A stretch of DNA of 64,000 nucleotides from an uncultured bacterium (GCA_949295325.1 CASFKG010000001.1:391928-455927); one strand, 5' to 3'. Counted from the stretch's first letter, positions 1 to 10,084 are shown. Numbers and translations: made by a program. Notes: generated from the letters alone by a model not told the origin.

Positions 1-1
1 C

Positions 2-400
2 CGGGAAAGCTACCGCTACGAGCCGACTTCCCGGATGAACAATACCTACATCCTCCCGGGGAAAAGCACCCCGGAGGAAATAATCGCTTCGACGAAACTC
101 GGCATATACGTCGTGAGTTTCACCGGAGGTTCGGTCAATCCCTCCACCGGCGAATTCAACTTCTCGGCGAGCGTTGCCTACGCCGTCAGGGACGGCAAGA
201 TCGCCGAACCCCTCAAGGGCTGCACCCTGATAGGATCGGGAAAAGAGGTACTCATGAACATCGACATGGTCGGCAACGACCTGGCCCTCGGCCAAGGCAA
301 CTGCGGCTCGGTCTCCGGGTCGGTACCGGTCAACGTCGGACAGCCGACCATAAGGCTTAGTTCCATAACCGTCGGCGGAAGGGGAGGAAACTCACTATGA
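2..400 (+). CDS. TldD/PmbA-family metallopeptidase, C-terminal fragment (5' end outside window)
   Basis: Reading frame is open from the window edge through ORF 35..400. The C-terminal sequence, including the GNCG motif, looks like the TldD/PmbA family. Its stop overlaps the start of the next family member by 4 nt. Confidence 0.7.
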   Translation, partial: RESYRYEPTSRMNNTYILPGKSTPEEIIASTKLGIYVVSFTGGSVNPSTGEFNFSASVAYAVRDGKIAEPLKGCTLIGSGKEVLMNIDMVGNDLALGQGNCGSVSGSVPVNVGQPTIRLSSITVGGRGGNSL

Positions 401-1725
401 AAACCAATTTCGGAAAACTCTTCGAACTGGCAAAACAAGAAGGCTTGGAAGGACTCCAGATCGAAGTAAGCGGCTCGAACAGGATGTCGTTCAGCTACTT
501 CCAAGGCAGTCTCGACTCCTATTCCGTCCAAGAGCAGAAAAACCTGGTCGCCGTCGGCCTTTTCGGCGGCAAGCTCGCGGTGTACCGCACCGAAAAATTC
601 GAGCAGAGGGACTTCCCGGAAATCATCTCCGCCTTGAAGGAAGCCGCCAAGTACAAATCCGAAACGAGCACGGTCGGCCTCTACGGAGGGGCCAAGAAAT
701 ACAAACGCCGGAAAAAGCCGCTTAGCGACGTCGGGGAAATCGGAATCTCCGAAAAGATTGCCCTCGTGAAGTCCATAGCCGAGAAGGCCATGGCCTATGA
801 CCCGCGCATCGACGGTACCGTCCAGTGCTTCTATAGCGAAAGCAGCTCGGAATCCTTCTTCCAAAACGACAAGGGCATCAAGCTCAAGGACAAAGACGAA
901 TACTTCTCCATAGCCTTGGACGTCCCGGCCACCAGCGAGGGGGTTACCAAGGACAACGGAATCTACCGTGTCGGAAGGACCCTCGGGGGATTCGATGCGG
1001 ACGGCTTCGTCAAGGAAGCCGCGGAAGCGACCCTCTCCAAGTTCGGCGGCGAGCCGATCGCCTCGGGGAACTACCCCACCGTCATCAAGAACGAGGTCAT
1101 GGCGTCCCTCATCCCCTCCTTCGTGTCCGCGGCTTCGGCGGAAGAAATCGAAAGGAAGACTTCCTTCCTGCTTGGCAAGCTCGGGCAACCGGTTGCCTCG
1201 AAGAAGGTGACCATTTCCGAGAAGCCGCTCGAACCAACTACCGGCTACTACTTCTACGATTCGGAAGGCGTCCCGGCGATGTCCAAGGACATAGTCAAAA
1301 ACGGGGTGCTTGCCACCTACCTATACAACCGGGAAACCGCGGCCAAGGCCGGTACCGATTCCACCGGCAACGGCTCCCTTGGCTCCGGCAGGTTCGGAAT
1401 CGGCTTCTCCAACATCTTCCTTAAACCCGGAAAGAAAACGTTCGAGGAAATGATTTCGAAGATCAAGAAGGGGGTCTACGTGACCGACGTCGCCGGGCTG
1501 GGGACCGGCCTCAACGAAACCTCGGGCGATTTCTCGCTCCAGGCGGAAGGCTTCCTCATCGAGGACGGCAAGCTGACCAAGCCCTTGGCGCTCATCACCT
1601 TGGGCGGGAACCTTCTTTCGATGCTCGCTTCCGTCAAGGACCTGGACAACAGGGTGTCGAGGGAAGGAAGCGCCTCCTACTGCCCCGACGCCTACATCTC
1701 GTCGATGGCGATCGGCGGGAAATGA
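397..1725 (+). CDS. TldD/PmbA-family protein (PmbA/TldE-like partner)
   Basis: 442-aa ORF with family-typical N-terminus and length, translationally coupled (ATGA overlap) to the upstream TldD-like gene. Confidence 0.8.
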   Translation: MKTNFGKLFELAKQEGLEGLQIEVSGSNRMSFSYFQGSLDSYSVQEQKNLVAVGLFGGKLAVYRTEKFEQRDFPEIISALKEAAKYKSETSTVGLYGGAKKYKRRKKPLSDVGEIGISEKIALVKSIAEKAMAYDPRIDGTVQCFYSESSSESFFQNDKGIKLKDKDEYFSIALDVPATSEGVTKDNGIYRVGRTLGGFDADGFVKEAAEATLSKFGGEPIASGNYPTVIKNEVMASLIPSFVSAASAEEIERKTSFLLGKLGQPVASKKVTISEKPLEPTTGYYFYDSEGVPAMSKDIVKNGVLATYLYNRETAAKAGTDSTGNGSLGSGRFGIGFSNIFLKPGKKTFEEMISKIKKGVYVTDVAGLGTGLNETSGDFSLQAEGFLIEDGKLTKPLALITLGGNLLSMLASVKDLDNRVSREGSASYCPDAYISSMAIGGK

Positions 1726-1832
1726 CCGTATCCCGATCTAGGCCGGGAAACCGGCCTTTTTCTTTTGTCCGGGGAGGGTTTTGCGGGAAAGGCGGATAAA
1801 CCGGTTCGCAAATAACGACGGCAGAGTGGCAC

Positions 1833-1868
1833 AAAAAAAGGGGCCGCCGCGGCTTTTGCGGCAGCCCC
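1833..1868 (-). terminator. Rho-independent terminator for the minus-strand membrane-protein gene
   Basis: GC-rich hairpin GGGGCCGCCGC/GCGGCAGCCCC (one mismatch). The plus-strand A-run on its 5' side reads as a T-run after the hairpin on the minus strand. It lies between convergent genes. Confidence 0.5.
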
Positions 1869-1878
1869 CATAAACAAC

Positions 1879-3099
1879 TCATTGGTCCTCTTTGCTATTT
1901 TCCTCGGCGTCCCTGATGACGTCTTCCCGTTCTGTCCCGGGTTCTTCGACGGCCGCTTCGGGGGCGGGGGAGAAAACGTTCCAATCCGGATGGAGGGCCT
2001 GGGCCTTCTCCAGGCTTCCGACATAGAGGGCTTCCTCGGTCTCCTTGGTCTTTTCGGGGAGCTTCTTGGCAAGGGTGACGTGCCTGGCGATCGCGACTTC
2101 GCTTTCCGATTCGCTTTCCTCTATCAAAGCGGAAATAAGGAGATAGGCCCTGACGGCAGCCATGCTCGGCATCGAGGCGATGTACTTCTTCTCCTCGCTT
2201 TTGAGGGTCTCGAAATACTTCTTTCCCTCGGACAGATCCTTATAAAGAAGGAGGAGGGAAAGCTTCATGGCGACGGCATCGCCGTAGACCGCGGCGGAAA
2301 CGCCTTTCTTGCTCTCTATCGCGATATCGCATATCGAGAGGGCCTTGTCGACGTCTTTTGCCTTCAAGGCGTCGTAGAGAAGCACCGAATTGATGGAAGC
2401 GGTGAAGTCGGTCAGGTCGCGGTAGGGTTCGATTTCCGGCATCGGCTCGCCAAAGAGGGCGCACTTCTCGCTTAGCAGGAGGTCGTTATAGGCGATTTTG
2501 TTCTTGGGGTTGGAAACCAGTACGAGCCTGTAGCCGTCGTTCGTGCTGTCTAGCGCGGCCGGGAAGATATCGTAGAGAAGCACCATTCCGGCGATGGTCA
2601 AAACGATGAGGGAAGAAAGGTAGAGCCACGGGGTTTCCGGGGCTTCCTGGGGCCCCGAGAAGGCCATGCAGAGGCACATGGCGACGATAAGCAGGACCAG
2701 GAACAGCAAAGGCAGGTAGATATAGGCCCGGAGGCTGGATTTCTCGCGGTCCTTCGGGGCGACCGCGGTCCCGCCGGTAAGGCCGTCGAAGCCGCCGACG
2801 TGGAATTTCCATTTGCCGTCCTTGTTCTTCTTGACGCCGAGTCCCAAGACGACGAAGGAGAGTACTTCGTACTTCCCGATTTTCGCCCCGAGCAGGTGTC
2901 CGAGTTCGATGAGACCGGCGGCCAAGATGATGCCCACGACAACGGCAAGGACGATGACCACGACCGGACTTAGCCCGCCGAGGCTTTCCTCCACGGCCGG
3001 ATCGAGGGCCAGAGGCCTGACCATCGTTATGCCGACGGCCAAGGCGATGGCCAGTATGACGACGTAGACGATTAACGATAAGGTGTCGTTTTTCTTCAT
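1879..3099 (-). CDS. hypothetical polytopic membrane protein with acidic C-terminal tail
   Basis: 406-aa ORF with several hydrophobic segments in the N-terminal half, then a charged Glu/Lys-rich helical C-terminal region. No motif recognised. Confidence 0.55.
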   Translation of the reverse strand: MKKNDTLSLIVYVVILAIALAVGITMVRPLALDPAVEESLGGLSPVVVIVLAVVVGIILAAGLIELGHLLGAKIGKYEVLSFVVLGLGVKKNKDGKWKFHVGGFDGLTGGTAVAPKDREKSSLRAYIYLPLLFLVLLIVAMCLCMAFSGPQEAPETPWLYLSSLIVLTIAGMVLLYDIFPAALDSTNDGYRLVLVSNPKNKIAYNDLLLSEKCALFGEPMPEIEPYRDLTDFTASINSVLLYDALKAKDVDKALSICDIAIESKKGVSAAVYGDAVAMKLSLLLLYKDLSEGKKYFETLKSEEKKYIASMPSMAAVRAYLLISALIEESESESEVAIARHVTLAKKLPEKTKETEEALYVGSLEKAQALHPDWNVFSPAPEAAVEEPGTEREDVIRDAEENSKEDQ

Positions 3100-3198
3100 T
3101 TGCTAACTCCTTTTATAGCGGTTTCCCCGCTTCCGGCTTGCCACCAGACGTGTGCATCCCGGGAAGTTACCGCGACATTATAATTCGATAACCCCGGA

Positions 3199-3762
3199 CT
3201 AACTAGTTTTGCCTCTTTCGCGGCCGGCTTCTTCCGCGAGCGCCGGCAAAATGTATTTCAGCGACAGATCGGTGAATTTCCGCATGGCCTTGGTGAAGCC
3301 TTCCGCGTCCAAGGAGGAGTCCTTGAAGGCGTAGGCGTATTCGTCGCCGATGAGCTGGGCGTACCTCCGCGCGGTCAGGCGGTAGCCGTCCAAGGTCAGT
3401 TTGTACTTCTTTTCCTTGAGCAGCACGGGCAATAGCCTCGTGAGGATCTTCGTGTAGAAAAAGTCGTCCACGAGTTCGTGGGCCGCCGAGAAGTAGACCG
3501 ACTTTAGGAAGGTGAAGTTGTGTTTGGCGTAACCGAAAAACGAGTAGAGGATGGCCTGCGGGGTTTCCGCCCCGGCAAGGCCCGGCACTTCCTCGTTTAG
3601 GATTATCGCGGCGAGCAGATCGAATATGTCCTGGTAATGGTAGTAGAACGTCTGCCGGTGGCAGCCGCACTTCTTGCATAGAGCCGTGACGTTGATGTCG
3701 GAAAGGGGCTTTTCCTTCATCATCTCCTTGAGGGCGTATTTGAATTTGGCTTCGGTCGTCAT
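3199..3762 (-). CDS. TetR/AcrR-family transcriptional regulator
   Basis: N-terminal helix-turn-helix with the characteristic ...TALCKKCGCHRQTFYYHYQD... pattern seen in DhaS-like regulators. 4-nt overlap with upstream psuG. Confidence 0.8.
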   Translation of the reverse strand: MTTEAKFKYALKEMMKEKPLSDINVTALCKKCGCHRQTFYYHYQDIFDLLAAIILNEEVPGLAGAETPQAILYSFFGYAKHNFTFLKSVYFSAAHELVDDFFYTKILTRLLPVLLKEKKYKLTLDGYRLTARRYAQLIGDEYAYAFKDSSLDAEGFTKAMRKFTDLSLKYILPALAEEAGRERGKTS

Positions 3763-4658
3763 AATTCGGTGAGGGCTTTGGCGATCCTCGCCCCGAGGAC
3801 GGCGTTGTTTATGACCAGCCTGATGTTCGTATCGAGCGATTTTCCGCCCGTCAGTTCGGTGATCCTCTTCAATAGGTACGGGGTGATGTCCTTCCCCCTT
3901 ATCCCCTGCTCGCCGGCTTCCTTCAAAGCCTCTTTTATGTAGCCTTCGATGTAATCCTTCGGAAGGGCATATTCCTCTTCCGGGGGATTCGATATAAGGA
4001 TTCCGCCCCGTAGTCCGAGGTCCCGCTTGGCCTTGATTATCGCGGCGGCCTCTTCCGGGCTAGCGAAAACGTAGTCCGCGGGATAACCGGAGTCGCGGCT
4101 ATAAAAGGAAGCGAAGTCCCTTTCCCTATACGAAAGGACGCTTACCCCTTCGGTTTCGAGCACTTCCAGGGTCTTGGGGATATCGAGTATGGCCTTTGCC
4201 CCGGCGCAGACGACCGTGACGTTCCTGAGGCCGAGTTCCTTCAAGTCGCGGCTCACGTCGAAGGTGAGTTCCGCCCCGCGGTGGACCCCGCCGATCCCGC
4301 CGGTGACGAACACCTCGATTCCGGCCTTTTCGGCAACGACCATGGTCGCGCTGACGGTGGTCGCGCCCCAGGCCTTCGTGGCCTTCACGATGGGTATGTC
4401 CCTATAGGAAACCTTGTAAATCCCCTTTCTTTTGCCGAATTCCTCTATTTCCTCCTTCGACATGCCGACCACGGCTTCGCCGTCGATGATGCCGATGGTC
4501 GCGGGAACGGCGCCTTCTTTGGAAATGGTTTCCTCCACCTTGAGGGCCGTTTCGACATTGAGGGGATAGGGCATGCCGTGGCTTATGATCGTGGACTCCA
4601 AAGCCACGACCGGACGGCCTTCCTTCAAGGCTTTTTCCACTTTCTTCGATATTCTCAT
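3759..4658 (-). CDS. psuG: pseudouridine-5'-phosphate glycosidase
   Basis: IndA/PsuG-like sequence (GMPYPLNVETA...). Start trimmed to Met31 of the ORF (MRISKK...), giving an ATGA overlap with the upstream ATPase stop. Confidence 0.8.
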   Translation of the reverse strand: MRISKKVEKALKEGRPVVALESTIISHGMPYPLNVETALKVEETISKEGAVPATIGIIDGEAVVGMSKEEIEEFGKRKGIYKVSYRDIPIVKATKAWGATTVSATMVVAEKAGIEVFVTGGIGGVHRGAELTFDVSRDLKELGLRNVTVVCAGAKAILDIPKTLEVLETEGVSVLSYRERDFASFYSRDSGYPADYVFASPEEAAAIIKAKRDLGLRGGILISNPPEEEYALPKDYIEGYIKEALKEAGEQGIRGKDITPYLLKRITELTGGKSLDTNIRLVINNAVLGARIAKALTEL

Positions 4659-7141
4659 TTTTCGGCCTCCCTGCGCCGGCTGCGTCTTACCAAATAGCTT
4701 TCGATTGCCACGAATAGCGCCGCGCCGACCGCGAACGCGGCGATGCATAGGCTAAGCGGTCCGGGTCCGAAGTACGTCGCCGCATAGTCGATGCCGAGCA
4801 GCCCGCCTATGTCCAGCGGGATAATCCCCTTCGCCAAGGCGACGTCGAGGAAAACCACGAGAACGGCCAAGGACAGCATCGACCCGAATACCGCCAGGCG
4901 GTACCTGCTTGGCGGCAGCGATACCCGGAACAAAGTGACGAACGAGAGGGCGCTGAAGGCGAAGACGGACATGGTAACCGCGGTCTCTTCACTCATGAAG
5001 CCCGGGGATATCAGGAATGATAGATAGATGACTAAGACCACTAGGGACTCCATCGTCCCGGCCGGTATGGCTTTGAAAAGTATGTTCTTGAGGAAGGAGC
5101 CGTGGAGCCTCTCCCTGGTGGGCTGCAGCGAAAGGAAGAAGGCCGGTACCCCGATGGACAGCACTTCCCAAAGAAGCATGTTCTGGGTCGTGAAGGGATA
5201 GGAAACCCCGCCGCACCAATCGGATATCAGGAAGACGACCGAAAGGACGCCCGCGAAGATGGTTTTGCTCAGGAACAAGGAAGCGGTCCTTTGGAGGTTG
5301 TTGATGACCCTGCGGCCCTCCCCCACCACTTCGGGCAAATGGGAGAAGTCGTTGTCGAGGGCGACCAAATGGCTGATGTTCCTCGCCGCCGCGGAGCCCG
5401 AGGCCATGGCAATCGAGCAGTCGGCTTTCTTCAAGGCCAGGATGTCGTTTACGCCGTCGCCGGTCATCGCGACCTTGTGGCCCTTCTTCTGCAAGGCTTC
5501 CACGAGGGCGGCCTTCTGTTCCGGCGAAACTCTCCCGAATACCGTGTAGCGGTCGGCCAAGTCGGGAATCCGTTCGAGGGGAACGCCGTTCATGGAGATG
5601 GCTCTTCCGGCGTTCGGCACTCCGACCAGCTCGGCGATCCTTCCGACCGTAAGGGCATCGTCGCCGGAGATGACCTTGATGTCCACCCCGGAATCGACGA
5701 ACCATTTGATGTTGGCGGCCGCGTCTGGTTTTATCGTGTCGACGAAGCTGAAGACGGCCAAGGGTTCGGACATCCCTTCGATGGCCCCGTCTTCGATGCC
5801 TTTCTTGACGCGGTAAAGGACCAAAACCCTATAGCCTTTTTGGCTCAGGCTTTCGATGCGGCTCGATAGTTCGGCGCTGTCCCTAGATTTGACGAAGCCG
5901 AAGGCGCCGACCGCGTAGGTTCCTTTGCCCTTCAGGGTCGCCGCGCTGTACTTGCGGGACGAATCGAAGGGAACGTTCAGCGTCGATCCGTAGGCTTCCG
6001 TTCCCTCGCCCGCGTCAAGCAGGGCCTCCGCGGTGGAGTTCCTGTCCCCGGTGGCCTTCACTATCGAATAGGCCAGCCTTCTGGCTTCCTGTTCGCTTAC
6101 GTCCCCTAGCAAATCGATGCCGTGAAGGGATAGCGTCCCGTCGGTCAAGGTGCCCGTCTTGTCGAAGCAGACCGTGTCGACGCGCGCCAGCATTTCGATG
6201 CAGTAGAGTTCCTGGACGTTCATGCGCTTCCTCGCCATGGCGATGACGCCGACCGCGAGGGTAAGCGAAGTAAGCAGATATAGTCCCGAGGGGATCATCG
6301 CGACCATCTTGCCGGAAAGCTGCAAAACGAATTCCCGGAAACTGTATTCGGCGGCCCGGCCGCACCAAATCGGCACATAGTAGGTCAGAAAGGTCGCCAG
6401 CCCGACGAGGATGGAGGCGATGCCGGTAACGAGGAAGATCGAAAGGGTGGAACGCTTTATCTCGGACCTGGGACGGCCGAAGGTCTGGGCGCTGGTCCTT
6501 AGCGTTTCCGAATAGGAAGCCGCGCCGACCTTGACGGCCCGGCAATAACCGTGGCCCGACTTGACGAAGGAGGCACCAAGAAGCGTGTCTCCCCTTCTTT
6601 TGTTTACGGGTTCGGCTTCCCCGGTAAGCAGGGATTCGTCCGCGGACAAGTTACCGTCGAGCAGCAAACAGTCGCAGGGAACCTGGTCCCCCGTATCGAG
6701 ATAGACGATGTCGCTTAGAACAACGTCCTCGATTGCGATTTCCTCTTTCTTGCCGTCCCGGATTACCTTGGCTTTGGGGTCGGTGAGCAGGCGGAGTCTG
6801 TCGACCAAGACGCGGGCCCTTATGTCCGAGACGAGCCCGATTACGATGTTCGCGGCCAGTATGACGACGAAAAGGTAGCTCGAAAGGCTGTCGATTCCGG
6901 CAACGAACATCAAAGTGGCGATGGCGAAAAGGATGATGTTGAAGAAGCTGAAAAGATTGTCGAAGAAGATGCGGAAATAGCTTTTGGTGACCTGCTTCTT
7001 GATGCGGTTGGTCAAGAAGGCCTTCCGGCGGCTATTGACCTGTTCGCCGGTCAGCCCTTCGCCCACCGAAGCCTCGTAAATCGGGGCTTTGGCGATATTC
7101 TCTTCCATCAACTGGCTTGCGTACCTAATCGGTTTCATCAT
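4655..7141 (-). CDS. P-type cation-transporting ATPase (P2/P3-like, HAD superfamily)
   Basis: DKTGTLT phosphorylation motif (CFDKTGTLT), TGDGVND hinge motif, and about 10 TM segments. 828 aa. Confidence 0.85.
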   Translation of the reverse strand: MMKPIRYASQLMEENIAKAPIYEASVGEGLTGEQVNSRRKAFLTNRIKKQVTKSYFRIFFDNLFSFFNIILFAIATLMFVAGIDSLSSYLFVVILAANIVIGLVSDIRARVLVDRLRLLTDPKAKVIRDGKKEEIAIEDVVLSDIVYLDTGDQVPCDCLLLDGNLSADESLLTGEAEPVNKRRGDTLLGASFVKSGHGYCRAVKVGAASYSETLRTSAQTFGRPRSEIKRSTLSIFLVTGIASILVGLATFLTYYVPIWCGRAAEYSFREFVLQLSGKMVAMIPSGLYLLTSLTLAVGVIAMARKRMNVQELYCIEMLARVDTVCFDKTGTLTDGTLSLHGIDLLGDVSEQEARRLAYSIVKATGDRNSTAEALLDAGEGTEAYGSTLNVPFDSSRKYSAATLKGKGTYAVGAFGFVKSRDSAELSSRIESLSQKGYRVLVLYRVKKGIEDGAIEGMSEPLAVFSFVDTIKPDAAANIKWFVDSGVDIKVISGDDALTVGRIAELVGVPNAGRAISMNGVPLERIPDLADRYTVFGRVSPEQKAALVEALQKKGHKVAMTGDGVNDILALKKADCSIAMASGSAAARNISHLVALDNDFSHLPEVVGEGRRVINNLQRTASLFLSKTIFAGVLSVVFLISDWCGGVSYPFTTQNMLLWEVLSIGVPAFFLSLQPTRERLHGSFLKNILFKAIPAGTMESLVVLVIYLSFLISPGFMSEETAVTMSVFAFSALSFVTLFRVSLPPSRYRLAVFGSMLSLAVLVVFLDVALAKGIIPLDIGGLLGIDYAATYFGPGPLSLCIAAFAVGAALFVAIESYLVRRSRRREAEK

Positions 7142-9981
7142 TCGCTCCTTAACGCTTTCACGGGGTCCTTCCGCGCGGCGAGGCTCGACGGGACAAGGCC
7201 GCTAAGAAGAGCAAGAAGTACGGCAAAGACAATCAGTATGACGGCCGACAGAGGCGACAGGGCGGCGATTGAACCGAGGGCGAATTCCGGGAAGAGGTGG
7301 TTGAGGATGGCATTTATCGGGACGGTGAGCAGCAGCGAAACGAGGATGCCGATGACGCCGGCGACGATGCCAATTAGGGAGCACTCGATTTCGAATAGGC
7401 GCCGTATGTCCTTCTTTCTGGCCCCGAAGGAACGGAGTATTCCGATTTCCTTCGTCCTCTCGAGGACGGAGACGTAGGTGATGATGGCCATCATGACCGA
7501 GGAAACGACGAGCGACACCGAAGCAAAGACGATCAAAACGGCCGGAATCACCGTGGTAAGCACGCCGATGGCATCGGTTATGGTGCCCATTATGTCGCTA
7601 TAGAGGATCTGCTCGTCCGACGGCTTGTCGGCGTTATAGGCATCTAGATAGGCCAGGAGGGCCGGCTTGTCCGCGAGGGAAGAGGGGAATATCGAAATGG
7701 AGGTAATGAGGCTATAGCCATTTACGTAGGCAACCAAATCGAAGAGGTCGTAGCCGTCCCCCGTGCCGTTATAGAAATCGGGGTCGAGGAAATTGACGAG
7801 CAGGGCGACCGGATCCGAGAAGTCGATGTCGAGATCGCTTACGGGGTCTCCCCCGACGCTGCGGCAGAAGCGCATGTAGCCGGCCACGTTCATGTCGTTG
7901 CCCGGAAGGGTGCCTTTGTAGGCCCACGGATAGTAGTAGCTGTAGATGGAGTTCATCGCGTTCTGGATGGCGGCCGTATTCCCGCTGTTCAGCAGCTCGT
8001 CGACGGGAGTGGCCAAGAAGGTCCTCAGATTGGAAATCCCGGTGTTGGAAATGACGAGGCTCTGCCCGGTCAGGTCGCCGACCGCGCGGCCCGGTCCCCC
8101 GGGCGCCACGTCCGCGGCCATGGTGTCGGCGAGGGCCTCCGTGTAGCCGATCGAAGCGGGCATCATGCTCAGTACCGAATTCTCGTTCGGCCTAAGCACA
8201 CCGACGATTTTTAGCTCAATCGGATTGTATTTTGCGTCGTTTTCGAAAATATCCGCCGCGTCTTCGCCGGGATGATACGGCGATTCGTAGTAATAGATGG
8301 TCCTATCGACCTCGTGGTAGGAAACGTCGAAGTGGTCGATGTTGCCGATATCGCCGGGAGCGACTTCGTTCCCGTTTTCGTCGACCGGATAAATCGAATC
8401 TATTTCGTGGTCCGTGCCAGCCGGAAGGCGCCACTGTTTCGGCCCGTTTTCCTCGACTTGGTAGAAGTCGCTGACCCGGTAGGCCTTGTATTGCTTGTAC
8501 TCCGTATCCCCTTCGCGGTCGTAGACCAATTCCGAAAAGGATATCGCCGTTCCGCTTGCAACCTCTTCCCTAGCGGAAACGATTCCCAGGCCTTCGAGGG
8601 TGGATAGCTGGATCCTGTTGTACCTGTCGGTGACGAGCACGATCTCGTTGGCGTTTTCGGGGAACTTCCCGTAAATGAGATCGTAGTTGCTCGACAGCGT
8701 TGTTTCGTCTCCGTAAAGCTCGTGGAAAATCGTGCTCGGCAGGCCGTCGACCAGGGAACCGATGGCGGAAGCGGAGGTGTCTTGGCTGACCATGGTATAG
8801 GTGCCGGTATGGCCGTCTTCGGTGAGGACGTTGAAGGAAAAATTATCGCGGTTGAACATGATCGAGCTGGCAAGGCCCCGTTCCACCGCCCCTTCCAGGT
8901 AATCGAGATATTCCTGTGTGTAGTTGTTCCTGTGGACGACGTAGGAGGTATAGCCAGGATCGTAGACGTAAAGGTCGTCGCTGTCGGGGTAAGAGGTGAA
9001 TTCGATGTCCTCCGAATTGGAAACAGATCCGTAGTAGGTCGGGGTAACGGTGACGGGTACCGAGCCCGCGACCGAGCTTTCGATGTTGCCGACGTAGTTG
9101 GTGAAACCGTTGGCGACCGCGAGGACCAAAGCCACCCCGATGATGCCGACCGAGCAGGCCAACGCGGTCAAAATTGTCCTGCCGGCCTTGGCTTTGAGGC
9201 TATGCATGGAGTTCCCGGCCGCGGTAAGCAGGCCCATGGAGGACTTGCGTTCCTTCTTCCCCAAAGCGGCTCCTTCTTTTTCCACGGGTTTTGTCTCGTT
9301 AACGACGCGGTCGCTAACGATCTTGCCGTCGCTCATTTCGATGAGGCGGTCTCCGTACTTCAGGGCCAGTTCCTTGTTGTGGGTGACCATGATGACCAAG
9401 GTCGTGCGGCTCAGGCCCTTGAGTATCTCCATGACCTGGACCGAGGTCTTCGAATCGAGCGCCCCGGTCGGCTCGTCGGCCAGGATGACGGAAGGACGGC
9501 CGGCGATGGCCCTTGCAATCGCGACCCGCTGCTGCTGGCCGCCGCTAAGTTCGTTGGGTTTTTTCCTTTCCATGCCGACCAGTCCGACGTCGGCCAAAGC
9601 CTGCAGGGCGATGCGCTTCCTGTCCTCTTTCCCCAAACCTCTTAAAGCCAGCGGTTCTTCGACGTTGCCGAGGACGTCCAAATGGGGGATGAGGTAATAG
9701 TTCTGGAAGACGAATCCGACCTTTTTGTTGCGGTAATCGTCCCAATCCGCGTCCTTGAAATCGGAAGTCGGCTGGCTTTCGATCTCAACGACGCCTTCGC
9801 TTGCCCTGTCTAGTCCCCCGAGGATATTCAAAAGGGTGGTCTTGCCGCAGCCGCTTTGGCCTAGGACCATACAGAAGCCGCTGGAAGCGAAGGAAACGCT
9901 CACATCCGACAAGGCATGGAAAGGCCGGTCTTCGATGGAATAGGTCTTCGAAACGCCCTTTAGGGCAATCATGGGATCCAT
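7138..9981 (-). CDS. MacB-like ABC transporter, fused ATP-binding and FtsX permease domains with a large extracytoplasmic domain
   Basis: Walker A GQSGCGKTT, signature LSGGQQQRVAIARA, then a TM, a roughly 500-aa soluble domain, and a C-terminal FtsX-type 3-TM bundle. 4-nt overlap with the downstream ATPase. Confidence 0.85.
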   Translation of the reverse strand: MDPMIALKGVSKTYSIEDRPFHALSDVSVSFASSGFCMVLGQSGCGKTTLLNILGGLDRASEGVVEIESQPTSDFKDADWDDYRNKKVGFVFQNYYLIPHLDVLGNVEEPLALRGLGKEDRKRIALQALADVGLVGMERKKPNELSGGQQQRVAIARAIAGRPSVILADEPTGALDSKTSVQVMEILKGLSRTTLVIMVTHNKELALKYGDRLIEMSDGKIVSDRVVNETKPVEKEGAALGKKERKSSMGLLTAAGNSMHSLKAKAGRTILTALACSVGIIGVALVLAVANGFTNYVGNIESSVAGSVPVTVTPTYYGSVSNSEDIEFTSYPDSDDLYVYDPGYTSYVVHRNNYTQEYLDYLEGAVERGLASSIMFNRDNFSFNVLTEDGHTGTYTMVSQDTSASAIGSLVDGLPSTIFHELYGDETTLSSNYDLIYGKFPENANEIVLVTDRYNRIQLSTLEGLGIVSAREEVASGTAISFSELVYDREGDTEYKQYKAYRVSDFYQVEENGPKQWRLPAGTDHEIDSIYPVDENGNEVAPGDIGNIDHFDVSYHEVDRTIYYYESPYHPGEDAADIFENDAKYNPIELKIVGVLRPNENSVLSMMPASIGYTEALADTMAADVAPGGPGRAVGDLTGQSLVISNTGISNLRTFLATPVDELLNSGNTAAIQNAMNSIYSYYYPWAYKGTLPGNDMNVAGYMRFCRSVGGDPVSDLDIDFSDPVALLVNFLDPDFYNGTGDGYDLFDLVAYVNGYSLITSISIFPSSLADKPALLAYLDAYNADKPSDEQILYSDIMGTITDAIGVLTTVIPAVLIVFASVSLVVSSVMMAIITYVSVLERTKEIGILRSFGARKKDIRRLFEIECSLIGIVAGVIGILVSLLLTVPINAILNHLFPEFALGSIAALSPLSAVILIVFAVLLALLSGLVPSSLAARKDPVKALRSE

Positions 9982-10084
9982 TACATTTTAATATAACATA
10001 TAAGGTCGCGCGTGGACTAAGGAATTCAAAAATTTTTTGACATTGTAAAAACGCCGTGTTCCCGTGGTATTCCTGAGCTTTGTG
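9982..10084 (-). promoter_or_regulatory. AT-rich putative promoter region for the ABC/ATPase/psuG/tetR operon
   Basis: Only sizeable AT-rich gap upstream of the operon. Several -10-like hexamers (TTATAT/TATATT) appear on the minus strand. Exact hexamers not confidently placed. Confidence 0.3.

Noticed and set aside
178-1188. 336-aa minus-strand ORF
   Set aside because: Fully antisense to the well-supported PmbA/TldD genes. Pro/Arg/Gly-rich composition is typical of a spurious open frame on the opposite strand of high-GC coding DNA.
4659-4748. 30-codon N-terminal extension of psuG
   Set aside because: It would overlap the P-type ATPase by 94 nt. The Met at 4658 yields a canonical PsuG N-terminus and a 4-nt coupling overlap.
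8722-9645. 307-aa plus-strand ORF inside the MacB-like ABC gene
   Set aside because: Antisense to a conserved ABC ATPase domain. Low-complexity Gly/Asp/Val-rich translation with no start context.
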